Shown here in pieces: positions 1 to 12,031 of a stretch of 64,000 nt of DNA. The stretch is from Squalus acanthias. Lineage: Eukaryota. The translations under genes were made by a program, and so were the position numbers. The notes beneath the pieces are model-generated. The model made no database searches, was not told the DNA's origin, and saw nothing but the letters and a program-made list of their open reading frames with translations. Each line of letters opens with the position of its first letter. The stretch's first letter is position 1. The stretch covers positions 133,984,001-134,048,000 of the forward strand of contig CM059431.1 of the NCBI GenBank assembly GCA_030390025.1, written 5' to 3'.

Positions 1-1236
1 CCTGGCTGCTCCCCCTGGTATGGCTCTCATCTTCGCTCCCTTAAGTCCAAGGGACGCAGACTTGAATGGATATTGCAAACAACTGGTTTAGCCATTCACC
101 GCCAGATCTGGCTGGACCACATAAAGCATTATCGGGCCCTGCTCTCATCTTCCAAAATTGCTCACTATTCCAGAATCATTCTGGAATCCCAAGATAAACC
201 CTGACTCCTATTCTCTACTGCTAACCGTCTCCTTAAACCCCTCTCCCCTGTCTCCTCCACCCTCACCTACGATAACAAGTGTGAGGAGCTCATGGACTTC
301 GTTGTCTCTAAGATTGAGACCATCCGTTCAGCTGCCTCTGCCACTTCCCTTCCTTCCCCATGCCCACTGGGCCAAACTTCCTCTAAGGTTCCCCCCTGCC
401 CTAGCCCTGAACTCATATCTTTCTCCAGTTTCTCTCCGATCTCCCCTCATGACCTCTCCACGCTCATCTTGTCCATGAGACCCACCTCCTGCTCCCTCGA
501 CCCTATTCCCACCAAACTGCTGACCACCCAACTTCCATTTCTGGCTCCCATGTTAGCTGACATTGTTAACGGTTCTCTCTCCTCAGGTACTGTCCCCCTC
601 TCCCTCAAATCTGCCGTCATCACCCCCTCCTCAAAAAGCCAACCCTTGACCCTCCGTCCTTGCAAACTACCGCTCTATCTCCAACCTCCCTTTCCTCTCC
701 AAAGTCCTTGAAAGTGTTGTCGCCTCCCAAATCCATGCCCATCTTTCCCGTGATTCCATGTTTGAATCCCTCCAATCAGGTTTCCGTCCTTGCCACAGTA
801 CCGAAACAGCTCTCATCAAAGTCACAAATGACATCCTTTGTGACTGTGACAAAGGTAAACGATCCCTCCTCGTCCTTCTTGACTTGTCTGCAGCCTTTGA
901 CATGGTAGACCACTCCATCCTTCTCCATCATCTCTCCACCGTCGTCCAGCTGGGTGGGACTGCACTCGCCTGCTTCCATTCTTATCTATCTAATCGTAGC
1001 CAGAGAATCACCTGCAATGTCTTCTCTTCCCGCTCCCACATCGTTATCTCTGGTGTCCCCCAAGGATCTATCCTTGGCCCCCTCCTATTTCTCATCTACA
1101 TGTTGCCCCTTGGCGAAATCATCCGAAAACACAGCGTCAGTTTCCACATGTACGCTGACGACACCCAGCTCTACCTCACTACCTCTTCTCTTGACCCCTC
1201 CACGGTGTCTAAATTGTCAGATTGCTTGTCCAACAT
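1..1236 (+). mobile_element. L2 LINE, ORF2 (RT) 5' segment, frameshifted
   Basis: ORFs 292-711 and 758-1285 give L2-type RT motifs (QSGFRPCHSTETAL, LLDLSAAFD, GVPQGSILGPLLF, YADDTQLY). The sequence resumes at 2236 after a CR1 insertion. Confidence 0.9.
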
Positions 1237-2235
1237 TTGGCAGAGATTTGGCAGATGGAATACAACACTGGAAAGTGTGAGGTGATGCACTTTGGCAGGA
1301 AAAATCCTAGAGCAATTTATTATCTTAATGGCAAGAAACTGGAGAGTACTGAAGTGCAAAGGGATCTGGGGGTACTGGTGCACGAAACTCAAAAGGTTAG
1401 TATGCAGGTGCAGCAAGTGATTAAGAAGGCAAATGGAATGTTGGCTTTCATTGCTAGGGGGATAGAATATAAAAATAGGGAGGTATTGCTTCAGTTGTAC
1501 AAGGTATTGGTGAGACCGCACCTGGAATACTGCATACAGTTTTGGTGTCCTTACTTAAGGAAAGACATCCTTGCTCTCGAGGCAGTGCAAAAAAGGTTCA
1601 CTCGGTTAATCCCGGGGATGAGGGGGTGGTCATATGAGGAGAGGTTGGGTAGATTGGGACTCTACTCATTGGAGTTCAGAAGAATGAGAGGCGATCTTAT
1701 TGAAACATATAAGATTGTGAAGGGGTTGGATCGGGTGGATGCGGGGAGGATGTTCCCGATGACGGGTGAGACGAGAACTAGGGGACATAGTCTTAGAATA
1801 AGGGGCTGCTCTTTCAAAACTGAGATGAGGAGGAACTACTTCACTCAGAGGGTGGTAGGTCCATGGAATATGCTGCCACAAAAAGCTGTAGAAGCTACAA
1901 CATTAATTAAATTTAAAACAGAAATAGACAGTTTCCTAGAAGTAAAGGGCATTAAGGGTTACGGGGAGCGGGCAGGAATTTGGACATGAGTCTAGGTTCG
2001 GATCGGTCATGGCCCTGTGGGTAGTGGAGCGGGCCCAGGGACTGTGTAGCCTGATTCTGCTCCTATTTCGTGTGTGCAATTCTGTTAGATGCAGGAGATG
2101 GTTCTGTGATAGATAGTAGATTGGCGGTTAGGATCAGATCAGCCATGATCTTATTGAATGGCGGAGCAGGCTCGAGGGGCCGATTGGCCTACTCCTGCTC
2201 CTATTTCTTATGTTCTTATGTTCTTATGTTCTTAT
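1237..2235 (+). mobile_element. 5'-truncated CR1 LINE inserted into L2
   Basis: ORF 1222-1989 has the CR1 C-terminus (WQMEYNTGKC, LVRPHLEYC, RRMRGDLIE). The 3' end has a GGCC-GATT-GGCC hairpin and (TTCTTATG)n tail. L2 rejoins as ...CAACAT|ACAGTTCTGGATG. Confidence 0.93.
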
Positions 2236-3127
2236 ACAGTTCTGGATGAGCAAAACTTTTCTCCAATTAAATATTGGGAAAACCGAAGCCATTGTTTTCG
2301 GTCCCCGCCACAAACTCTGTTCCCTTGCTACTGACTCCATCCCTCTCCCTAACATCTGTCTGAGGCTGAACCACACTGTTCGCAACCTTGGTGTCATCTT
2401 GGACTCTGAAATGAGCTTCTGACAACATAGCCGCGGCATAACAAAGACCGCCTATGTCCACCTCCGTAACAATGTCCGTCTCCACCCTTGCCTCAGCTCA
2501 TCCGCTGCTCAAACCCTCATGCATGCCTTTGTTACCTCTAGAGTTGACTATTCCAATGCACTCCTCGCTGGCCTCCCACATTCCACCCTTCTTAAACTTG
2601 AGGTCATCCAAAACTCGGCTGCCCGTGTCCTAACTCGCACCAAGTCCCGTTCGTCCATCACCCCTGTGCTCGCTGACCTACATTGGCTCCTGGTTAAGCA
2701 ATGCCTTGATTTCAAAATTCTCATCCTTGTTTTCAAATCCCTCCATGGTTTCACCCCTTCCTATCTCTGTAATCTCCTTCAGTCCCACACCCCCCCCGAG
2801 ATATCTGTGCTCCTCTAATTCTACCCTCTTGAGCATCCCTGATTATAATCGCTCAACCTTTGGTGGCCGTGCCTTCTGTTGCCTAGGCCCTAAGCTCTGG
2901 AATTCCCTGCCTAAACCTCTCCGCCTCGCTACCTCTCTTTCCTCCTTTAAGACGCTCCTTAAAACCTACCTCTTTGACCAAGCTTTTGGTCACCTGCCCT
3001 AATTTATCCTTATGTGGCTCAGTGTCAAATTGTTTGTGTTATAATACTCCTGTGCAGCGCCTTGGGACGTTTTACTACGTTAAAGGCGCTATATAAATGC
3101 AAGTTGTGTTGTTGTTGTTGTTGTTGA
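2236..3127 (+). mobile_element. L2 LINE 3' segment with (TTG)n tail
   Basis: Translations include LQLNIGKTEAI, HAFVTSRVDYSN, IQNSAAR and GPKLWNSLP. It ends GGCGCTATATAAATGCAAG(TTG)n. Confidence 0.9.
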
Positions 3128-3129
3128 GT

Positions 3130-4067
3130 CTGGAGGCAGGTTACAATGGCAGGTAGCTGTGACTTCTGTTGTGAGCGCCCAGCAGCAATTTCCATGGAGG
3201 TGGCTACATGCTCCATGGTAGATTGCATTGTTAAGAACCCCTGTGACATCACCCCACATATGGTGGAAGTGGACTCCTCCATCTTCCCTGCCATAGTGGA
3301 GTGTGCCTGACAGGACTGCCAACACTTCACACATTTGTTTCTGTGCCTCCAGCATTCTCCTTTTCATTGCAGGTGCCCAAGGTTCTGCATCTCTGTGCTG
3401 CTGGTCAGAGCTTGGAGAGGATGGCACCCTCCAGCGTGTACTCTCCTCAGTTGTCCCAGCCATCACTGTCTTCTCCTGCTCACGTGTGCTGTGAGAATCA
3501 CTAGGTGCAGGCCCATCTATCTGACTAACATGCCCACTCGATATGCTGGTATCTGCTCTAGTGCCTGCAAAGCATGTGGCGTGTGACAGTGAAGGGATCC
3601 TCCAAGGAGTCTTCATCCTATGTGGACAGGGGTGATCTTCTTGCGAGAACCCTGGAGGAAAGAAGAAAGGATGAAGATTTTGTAATGGTACTTAGAAGAT
3701 CTCATGAAACACTTGACCATACTGGTTGATATGCTGAAGCTGGCTGCAGCTGAATTTGGTTTCTGGGAAATGAGCATTTGAAAGGTTAATGCAGTCACCC
3801 TGCTCTGGTGGTCTGCCAACCTCACCATCACCAATGCTCAAGCCTGTGCCACACATGACTGGGAATTAGACTGGACCCGGTATTGGCCCACCTGTTGAGC
3901 GTTAAGCCAATGAGCAGCAGTTTTAGCGCTGAAATCAAGACTATAGTCATGACAATGAGGACTGAGCACAAATTTTGCATGCTGTGTAGACTATTTTGAG
4001 GTGGCGTAGCTTAACATCGTTGGGCCTTAACACTGCCCGTTTCGTGGCCATATCCAATTTCTAGGCC
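3130..4067 (-). mobile_element. Harbinger fragment: partner-gene C-terminal remnant plus one terminus
   Basis: ORFs 3089-3616 and 3025-3330 resemble the partner exon at 45211-45675. The end GGCCATATCCAATTTCTAGGCC (to 4067) matches the terminus at 19045. Confidence 0.65.
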
Positions 4068-4070
4068 AGA

Positions 4071-5097
4071 GCAATGTGGTGAATGGCTGTTTTTCAGACT
4101 GGAGGGAGGTATACAGTGTGCTCCCCAGGGTTCAGTACTCGGACCACTGCTGTTTTTGATATACATTATTGACTTGGATTTGGATTGACGGGGCACAATT
4201 TTGAAATTTGCAGAAGACAAGAAGTGTAGTAAATAAACAGTGAGAAAGATAGTAATAGACTTCAAGATGATATAGATAGGCTGGTGGAATGGACGGACAC
4301 ATGGTTAATTCAACGCAGAAAGGTGTGAGGTGGTAGGAAGAATGAGGAGAGACAATACATGCTAAATGGTAAAGGGGGTGCAAGAAGAGAGAGACCTGGG
4401 GGTGTCTGTGCACAAATCTTTGAAGGTGGCAGGACAGCTTAACAAAGCAGTCAATAAAGCATATGGGATCCTGGACTTTATAAATTGAGGCATAGAGTAC
4501 AAAAGCCAGGAAGTTATGCTGAACCTATATAAAACACTAGTTTCCCTAACTGGTGTATTGTGTCTAATCTGGGCATCAAACTTTATAGGAAGAACGTGAA
4601 GGCTTTGGAGAGGGTACAGAGGAGATTTACTAGAATGGTTCCAGGCATGAGGGATTACAGTTACGTGGATAGACTGGAGCAGCTGGGGTTGTTCTCCTTA
4701 GAACAGAGAAGGCTAAGAGGAGATTTGATAGAGGTGTTTAAAATCATGAAGGGTTTAGATAGAATAAATAAAGAGAAACTGTTTCTAATGGCTGAAAGGT
4801 CGATAACCAGAAAGTACAGATTTAAGGTGATTGGCAAAAGAACCAGAGCTGATATGAGGGAAAACTTTTTTACGCAACGAGTGGTTAGGATTTGGAATGC
4901 ACCGCCTGATAGGGTGGTGGAAACAGATTCAATAGTAGCTTCCAATAGGGAATTGGATAAATACTTGAAGGAGAAAAAATTGTCGGGCTATGTGGAAAGA
5001 GCGGTGGAATGGGACTAACTGGATTGCTCTTCGAAAGAGCTGGCGCAGACTCGATGGGCCGAATGGCCTCCTTCTGTGCTGTACTATTCTATGATTT
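4071..5097 (+). mobile_element. Degraded 5'-truncated CR1 LINE
   Basis: ORF 4560-5018 (ALERVQRRFTRM, RRLRGDLIE), GGCCGAATGGCC hairpin, TTCTATGA tail. Confidence 0.88.
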
Positions 5098-5099
5098 TC

Positions 5100-5400
5100 A
5101 CAAAACATTACATCCCATACAGGTGAACTGTGGAAGAGAGGCATTAAAGAAGGATGGAGTGTTTGACATTGTTGAAGGCAGCAGAGAGATTGAGGAGATT
5201 CAGTGAACCACAATCACAATCACATAAGGTGGCGGTGGCGACTTCAAGCAATGTAGTTTTGGTGCTGTGCTTGGGGAAGAAGCCTGATTGGAAGGCCTTA
5301 AACAGGAAGTGGTGAGAGACATGGCAGCATATTTGGGAACAGGGGAAATATTTGTATGTTTGAAAGTCAACAGGCCAGATTGAATAATGCAAATGTGAGT
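5100..5400 (-). mobile_element. Old L2 RT fragment
   Basis: ORF 5144-5392 contains FQSGFFPKHSTKTTLL...LLNLSAAFN. Confidence 0.7.
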
Positions 5401-5429
5401 TTTGCTTGATTACTGTTGGAAATCATAAT

Positions 5430-6136
5430 GGCCCGTAATTTCCGATAGGAAGCTTCCTGTGTGCGGATGCCTCCTATCGGGAAAAAATCTACACCCTTAT
5501 CCTGAGGACTCCCGAGGTCCGGACACTTCCAATCCTGGGCCTCTCCACGACGAAGTGCGCAGGGTCCACGTATCCCAGGGGTGCTGGCGGTTCTGGGATC
5601 ACGTGGGCCAGGCGAGCCAATGGGAGAAGGGAATCCCCCTTCATACTTTTGACAGATAGACCTGTCAAAAGTATGAATGGGGATCACTGAAAAAAGACAC
5701 TAAAACATTAAATACATTTTTTAAAAACCATCAAGTTTTTAAAATGAGTTAAAATTACATTAAATTAAATATTTTAAACCAGTTTTTTACGGGGCTAAAA
5801 ATAAACTTACCTTTTTAAAAGTATTTTTAAATTATAAATGAGTGAAAAAAAAATTTAATTTTTTTTTATGCTGGTAAAACCAAGCCTTACGCCTGCTTTT
5901 ACCAGGTGTAAGATTTTTAAGCGATTTCAGCGGGCAGAGGTTCTGCAGAAAGCGGAACTCTCCGCCTGCAGAGGCCCTTCTCCAGGGCAGACGTCCGATC
6001 TGTCAAAAGGATTCTTGTAAGATCGGAAATGCCGGTTTTCAGCGCATGCGCTTCGCATGCCTGAAACCAGCATTTCCGATGTCCCTACGGGTGTGTACAC
6101 AGCGCGTACACCCGTCGGCATCGCAAAATACGGGCC
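5430..6136. mobile_element. MITE with imperfect TIRs (probably Harbinger/Tourist-like)
   Basis: The left end GGCCCGTAATTTCCGAT matches the reverse complement of the right end, GGCCCGTATTTTGCGAT. AT-rich core with an internal 16-bp-stem hairpin. No clean TSD. Confidence 0.7.
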
Positions 6137-6814
6137 ATCGTATTTACCCAGAACTTTCTCTCAGGGATTCAATAAGTGGAGTAGGATGGATTGGAGTTCT
6201 TGGGCTAAATGGTCCTTTCTTGTCAACTGCTTTTTAATATTCTTATGGAGTAGGTTGCTTATTTAGAATACATGACGGGTAAAGGAAGTTTATTGAAAAA
6301 TAAATGATGAACAGTTAAGTACTACAGTTACAAATGACTTACTGGATTGAGTTACAAGGTGTTTTTCTTATGTTACTGTTTTGGTAAGCCATCGTTCTCC
6401 ATCATGTTTCTTATACATAATAAAATATAAATGTTTTACATACTCAATTTTATCATTTACTGATAATGTTTTAAATTAAACTCTGGTTAATTGCAGATTA
6501 TGTACATTTATTAGTTAAGACAATTCAGCTTTATATTTAAAAATAGTTAAGAAATTAAACAAATAAAGCATGTGTCACAATGAACTCTGATTTTTCAAAT
6601 TAATTCCAGCTATGTCAGAATAAGTAAACAAATATTAATGTTGACTTTTTTTAGGTTATAAGGTTTACAGAACAGATAGGGAAAATGGCAGAGGCGGAGG
6701 AGTAGCCTTAGTGATTCGGGATGAAATCACTTCAATGATAAGAGAGGATTTAAAGAGAGGTAAGCAGCTAGTGGAGACGTTATGGGTTGAATTAAGAAAT
6801 AGGAAAGGATCTAA

Positions 6815-7649
6815 GGGGAAAAAATTGGGTTGCGCCACCTTTGGGGCGCTAACTTCGCTGTGGCGCTACTTTTAGCCCCCTGAAAAAGTTAGCGCACCCA
6901 CGCTGGAAATTGAATGGTAGCATCCCAAGCAGGAGGCGGGGTGCTACTGGAAGCACTCCCCCTCCCACTTGGGGTGCTACTATTCAATATCGCGGCGCTA
7001 CATACAACAGCGCCACGCGCATTGGCACATAGCGCCGTGGTATTACAGGCATCTCCCCCCTCCTGATTAAAGGGGAGGGGCCTAGCACAGCGGCCCACCG
7101 GGGAGCGGGGTGCCGGCAATAGAGCCCGGCACTCAAGAGGAGTGCTAGGCTGACCAATCGCGACTGGCACCCCGCAGGAGGAGGCGGAAGGGGGCAGGTG
7201 CTGGCATGCGGCCCAAAAAAAAAGGCCGCCCAGCACCTGCCCTTTAATTACCGCCGTGGCCGCAAACACAGCACCCTAACCCTGTCGGACATGGTGTCCA
7301 GCGGTAGGTCAGGGGGCGCGAGTGAAGTTTGCGGCTGGGGCGCGAGTGGGGCGCTGTGCACGGCAATGACATCATCGCCGGAGGCGCAGCGCCAAGGGGC
7401 GCTACCGGCTACCGCCGCCACTAACCTCCCGCTGAATTTTGCGGGAGGCATTAGCGGCGCTGCGCCCGGGCGCTAGGGGCTTTGCGCCCCAGGGCGCTAA
7501 TGGGAAAGAAAGAAAGAAAGACTTAAATTTATATAGCGCCTTTCACGACCACCGGACGTCTCAAAGCACTTTACAGCCAATGAAGTACTTTTTGGAGTGT
7601 AGTCACTGTTGTGATGTAGGGTGGTGCAAAGAAACCCAATTTTTCCCCC
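6815..7649. mobile_element. GC-rich PIF/Harbinger-type MITE with TAA target duplication
   Basis: TAA|GGGGAAAAAATTGGGTT...AACCCAATTTTTCCCCC|TAA. Removing it restores the CR1 frame KGSKTVVGVVYRPP. Confidence 0.9.
7505..7620 (-). mobile_element. 3' end of an L2-tailed SINE (DeuSINE/SacSINE1-like) inside the MITE
   Basis: The minus strand ends ...GTGACTACAC...CATTGGCTGTAAAG...GGCGCTATATAAAT...(CTTT)n. A related copy lies at 32308-32460. Confidence 0.6.
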
Positions 7650-10345
7650 TAAGACTGTAGTAGGAGTTGTGTATAGGCCCCCTGGTAGTAGCTCTGAAGT
7701 ACTAGCTTGTATAAATGCAGAGATTAGACAAGCATGTAGTAAAGGCAGAGCGGTTTTAATGGGAGATTTTAACTTTCATATTGATTGGAAAAAGTAAACT
7801 AGCACCTGTCAGAAAGGTAGTGAATTTCTTGAGTGTGTCTGGGATAGTTTTCCACAACAATATGTCCCAGAGGCAACAAGGGGGCAAGCCATATTAGATT
7901 TAGTAATGAGTAATGAGTCAGATTTAGTTAACAGCCTAACTGTGCGTGAACATTTATCCAATAGCGATCATAACATGATCGAGTTCAAAGTAGTGTTTGA
8001 AAGGGAGAAACGCGAAACAGCTACTAAGATTCTAGATTTGGGTAAGGCCGACTTCAACGAGATGAGGCAGAAACTGTCCAAAGTAAACTGGGCAAATCTG
8101 TTAATGGGTAAAATGACAAAAGATCAGGGGGAGATGTTTAAAAAAGAATTTAACGTGATACAGAACTAGTTTATACCCCTGAGGGGCAAGAGCTCTAATT
8201 GCCAAAAAAAACAGCTATGGACAACTAAAGAGGTAAGGGACAGCATAAAACTAAAGGAAAGGGCATACAAAAATGCAAAAACTAGCACAGATCCTGGCGA
8301 ATGGGAAAGTTACAAAGAACAGCAAAGAGTCACAAAACAGATAGTAAGAGCTACAAAAAGGGAGTATGAAAAGAAACTTGCGAGGGATATCAAAATCAAT
8401 ACAAAGAATTTTTATAGTTACATTCAGAAAAAGATGGTGGTCAGGAACAATGTTGGCCCCTTAAAAACTGAAAGTGGTGATATTGTCAATGACAATGGGG
8501 AAATGGCAGACATGTTGAATAATTACTTTGAGTCAGTATTTACAGTAGAAGAAGAGGATAGCATGCCAGAAATCCCAAAGAAACTACTATTGAATCGGGG
8601 ACCGGGACTTAGTAAAATTAACGTAGGTAAAATAAAAATAATAAAGAAAATAATAGCACGAAAGAGTGACAAATTCCCAGGGTCAGATGGTTTCCATCCC
8701 AGGGTTTTAAAGGAAGTAGGTGAGCACATTGCAGATGCCCTAACTATAATCTTCCAAAGTTCTCTAGATTCAGGAGCCATCCCTTTAGATTGGAAAATTG
8801 CGCATGTCACTCCGCTTTTTAAGAATGGTGAGAGAGGGAAACCAGGGAATTATAGACCAGTTAGCCTAACATCTGTTGTGGGGAAATTGCTAGAGTCCAT
8901 AATTAAGGATAGGGTGACTGAACACCTCGAAAATTTTCAGTTGATCAGAGAGAGCCAACTTGGATTTGTGAAAGGTAGGTCATGCCTGACAAACCTGATT
9001 GAATTTTCTGAAGAGGTGACTAAAGTAGTGGACAGGGGAATGTCTATGGCTGTTATTTATATGGACTTCCAGAAGGCATTTGATAAAGTCCCACATAAGA
9101 GACTGTTATCTAAGGTAGAAGCCCACGGAGTTGAGGGCAAATTATTGACCTGGTTAGGAAATTGGCTGAGCGGCAGGTACAGAGAGTAGGGATAATGGGT
9201 AGGTACTCAAATTGGCAGGATGTTACTCGTGGTGTCCCACAGGGATCTGTGTTGGGGCCTCAACTATTCACAATATTTATTAATGACTTAGATGATGGCA
9301 AAGAAAGTCATATATCCAAATTTGCCGATGACACAAAGATAGGCACCATTGTAGGCAGTGTAGATGAAAGCATAACATTACAAAGGGATATCGATAGATT
9401 AAGTGAATGGGGAAAACTGTGGCAAATGGATTTCAATGTAAGCAAATGTGAGCTCATCCACTTTGGACCTAATAAGGATAGAACAGGATACTTTCTAAAT
9501 GGTGAAAAGCTAAAAACAGTGGATGTCCAAAGAGACTTGGGGGTTCAGGTATATAGATCATTAAAATGTCATGAACAGGTACTGAAAATAATCAAAAAGG
9601 CTAATGGAATTCTGACCTTTATATCTAGAGGACTAGTGTACAAGGGGGTAGAAGTTATGCTGCAGCTATACAAAGCCCTGGTTAGACCACACCTGGAGTA
9701 CTGTGTTCAGTTCTGGGCACCACACCTTAGGAAGGATATATTGGCCTTGGAGGGAGTGCAGCGTAGGTTTACCAGAGTGATACCCGGACTCCAAGGGTTA
9801 AGTTACGAGGAGAGATTACACAAATTAGGGTTGCATTCCCTAGAATTTAGAAGGTTAAGGGGTGATCTGATCGAAGTTTTTAGGATATTAAGGGGAACAG
9901 ATAGGGTAGATAGAGAGAAACTATTTCCGCTGGTTGGGGATTCTAGGACTAGGGGGCATAGTCTAAAAATTAGAGCCAGACCTTTCAGGAGTGAAATTAG
10001 GAAACACTTCTACACACAAAGGGTAGTAGAAGTTTGGAACTCTCTTCCGCAAACGCCAATTGATGCTAGATCAATTGTTAATTTTAAGTCTGAGATTGAT
10101 AGCTTTTTGTTAACCAAAAGTATTAAGGGATATGAGCCAAAGGCAGGTATATGGAGTTAGGTCACAGATCAGCTATGATCTCATCGAATGGCAGAACAGG
10201 CTCGAGGGGCTGAATGGCCTACTCCTGTTCCTATGTTCCTATTTGCATAAGGTTCTGTAACTGCATTAGCATACAGGAACAGAGATGAATAACTGATGGA
10301 CCATTTATCGCCTCTGGCAATTACACCCACACAACAAATGATATG

Positions 10346-12031
10346 TTTGCCACAAACTCAGTTTCCTAGCCATTGACTCCATCCCTCTCACTGGCCACTG
10401 TCTGAGGCTGAACCAGCCTGTATTCAACCTTGATTAACTATTAGACCCTGAGCTGATCTCCCGACCACATATCCTCACCATGATCACCTACTTCCACCTC
10501 CATAACATTGCCTGTCTCCGCCCCTGCCTCAGCTCACCTGCTGCTGAAATCATCATCCATGCCTTTGTTGCTTCTAGACTCGACTATTCCAATGGTCTCC
10601 TGGCTGGCCTTCCACCTTGCACCCTCCGTAAACTTGAGCTCATCAAAACTCTGCTGCCCTTATCCTGTCTCGCACCAAATCCTGTTCACCCATCACCACT
10701 GTACTTGCTGACCTATATTGGCTCCTAATCCTGCAACGCCTCAAATTTAAAATTCTCATACTTTTGTTCAAATCTCTCCATGGCCTCCCTATCTATGTAA
10801 CCTCTGCCAGCCGTACAACCCTCCAAAATCTCTGCGCTCCTCCATTTCTAGCCTCTTGCGCATCCCCAATTTTCATCATTCAACCACTGGCGGCCGTGCC
10901 TTTAGTTGCCTAGGCCCTAAGCTGTGGAATTCCCTCCCTAAACCACTCTGCATCGCTACCTCTCTCTCCTCCTTTAAGACTCTCCTAAAAACTACCTCTT
11001 TGACCAAGCTTTTGGTCACCTGCCCTAATATTTCCCTTTCTGGCTCGGTGTCAAATTTTGTTTGATAATGTTCCTATGCTCCGATGTTTTAATACATTAA
11101 GGGGGAAAAATTCAGTTGGTTGCGCCTCCCATTAGCGCCTTAAGAGGGCGCTAATGGGGCACAAAGCAACTAGCGCCCGGGCGTGGCGATGTTTGCACCG
11201 CTCGCGAAATTAACTGGACATTTTGTGGCGGCGCTAAACACTACCGCCATGATCTCCTGCGCTGGCAGATCGTGACGTCAGTTGAGTGCGCAACGCCCCG
11301 GTAGCGCCCCGGAGCGGATATTGAGTGGCGCCCCCTGCCTTACCGCCTGCCGCTAGCAACGACAGGTTGAGGGGAGCGTTTTGCAGTCAGGAAGGGACTG
11401 GGGGAGCGCTATTTAAAAGCGACCGCTTCCTGCCTTTTATTGTTGGTGACATTTTTGAACCACGCATTCTGAGCGAGAGAGAGAGAGAGACTTCTGGAGA
11501 GATTCAACGCTGTGTGAAGGAGTTTTGGGTACTGAGCAGCACTTTGCAGGTTCATTTTGATTTGCCCTTCCTTGTATCGATTTAGAAGAGACTCTGGGGG
11601 TTGCACTCTGAGCTCTTTCCCTGGTTCTCTCCATTGTTCTTTCCAGCAGATTTGATGTACAGGTCTCTCCAGGCCGAGATTCAAGGCTGCAATGAGCAGG
11701 ATGTGGATGGAAAGCAAGATCAACCCTCTCCTTTAAGAACTGGCCAGCGCCATTGTGTGTGTGTTCCGTTGCTGACTGACATCACATGAGCTTCGCCAGC
11801 GCTCTGAGGTAGCGCCTCGCTCCTCGGCCTTTGCACCTTAAGACAGGTGTGAAGCGCCTGATTTAGCGCTCCAATCACCTCCAGGGGTGATAAAAGTCAA
11901 GTTTGCAGTCGGAGGCGATAATTAGCGCCAGGTGCTAATCTTTGCGCCCGGCCGATAATTGCGCCCCAAATGGGGCGATACTGAATTTCATCCCCTGAAA
12001 GCGCTATCTAAATGCAAGTTGTTGTTGTTGC
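10346..12031 (+). mobile_element. L2 LINE 3' fragment split by a MITE (11101-11995)
   Basis: HAFVASRLDYSN and GPKLWNSLP translations. The tail ...GCGCTATCTAAATGCAAG(TTG)n resumes after 11995. Confidence 0.85.
11101..11995. mobile_element. Harbinger-type MITE (~890 bp), copy 1
   Basis: TIRs GGGGGAAAAATTCAGT / ACTGAATTTCATCCCC, flanks TAA/TGA. Highly similar copy at 47693-48573. Confidence 0.88.

Larger units (their letters stand above)
6650..10242 (+). mobile_element. CR1 LINE with nearly complete, disrupted ORF2 (APE endonuclease + RT), interrupted by a MITE
   Basis: Endonuclease motifs (GVVYRPP, MGDFN, SDHNMI) and RT ORFs 8434-9189 and 9162-10160 (YRPVSLTS, GVPQGSVLGP, FADDTK). (TTCCTATG)n tail. 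Confidence 0.93.

Noticed and set aside
8434..10160. Prokaryotic RT system (group II intron, retron, DGR)
   Set aside because: The APE endonuclease, CR1 C-terminal motifs and microsatellite tails identify non-LTR retrotransposons in a vertebrate context.
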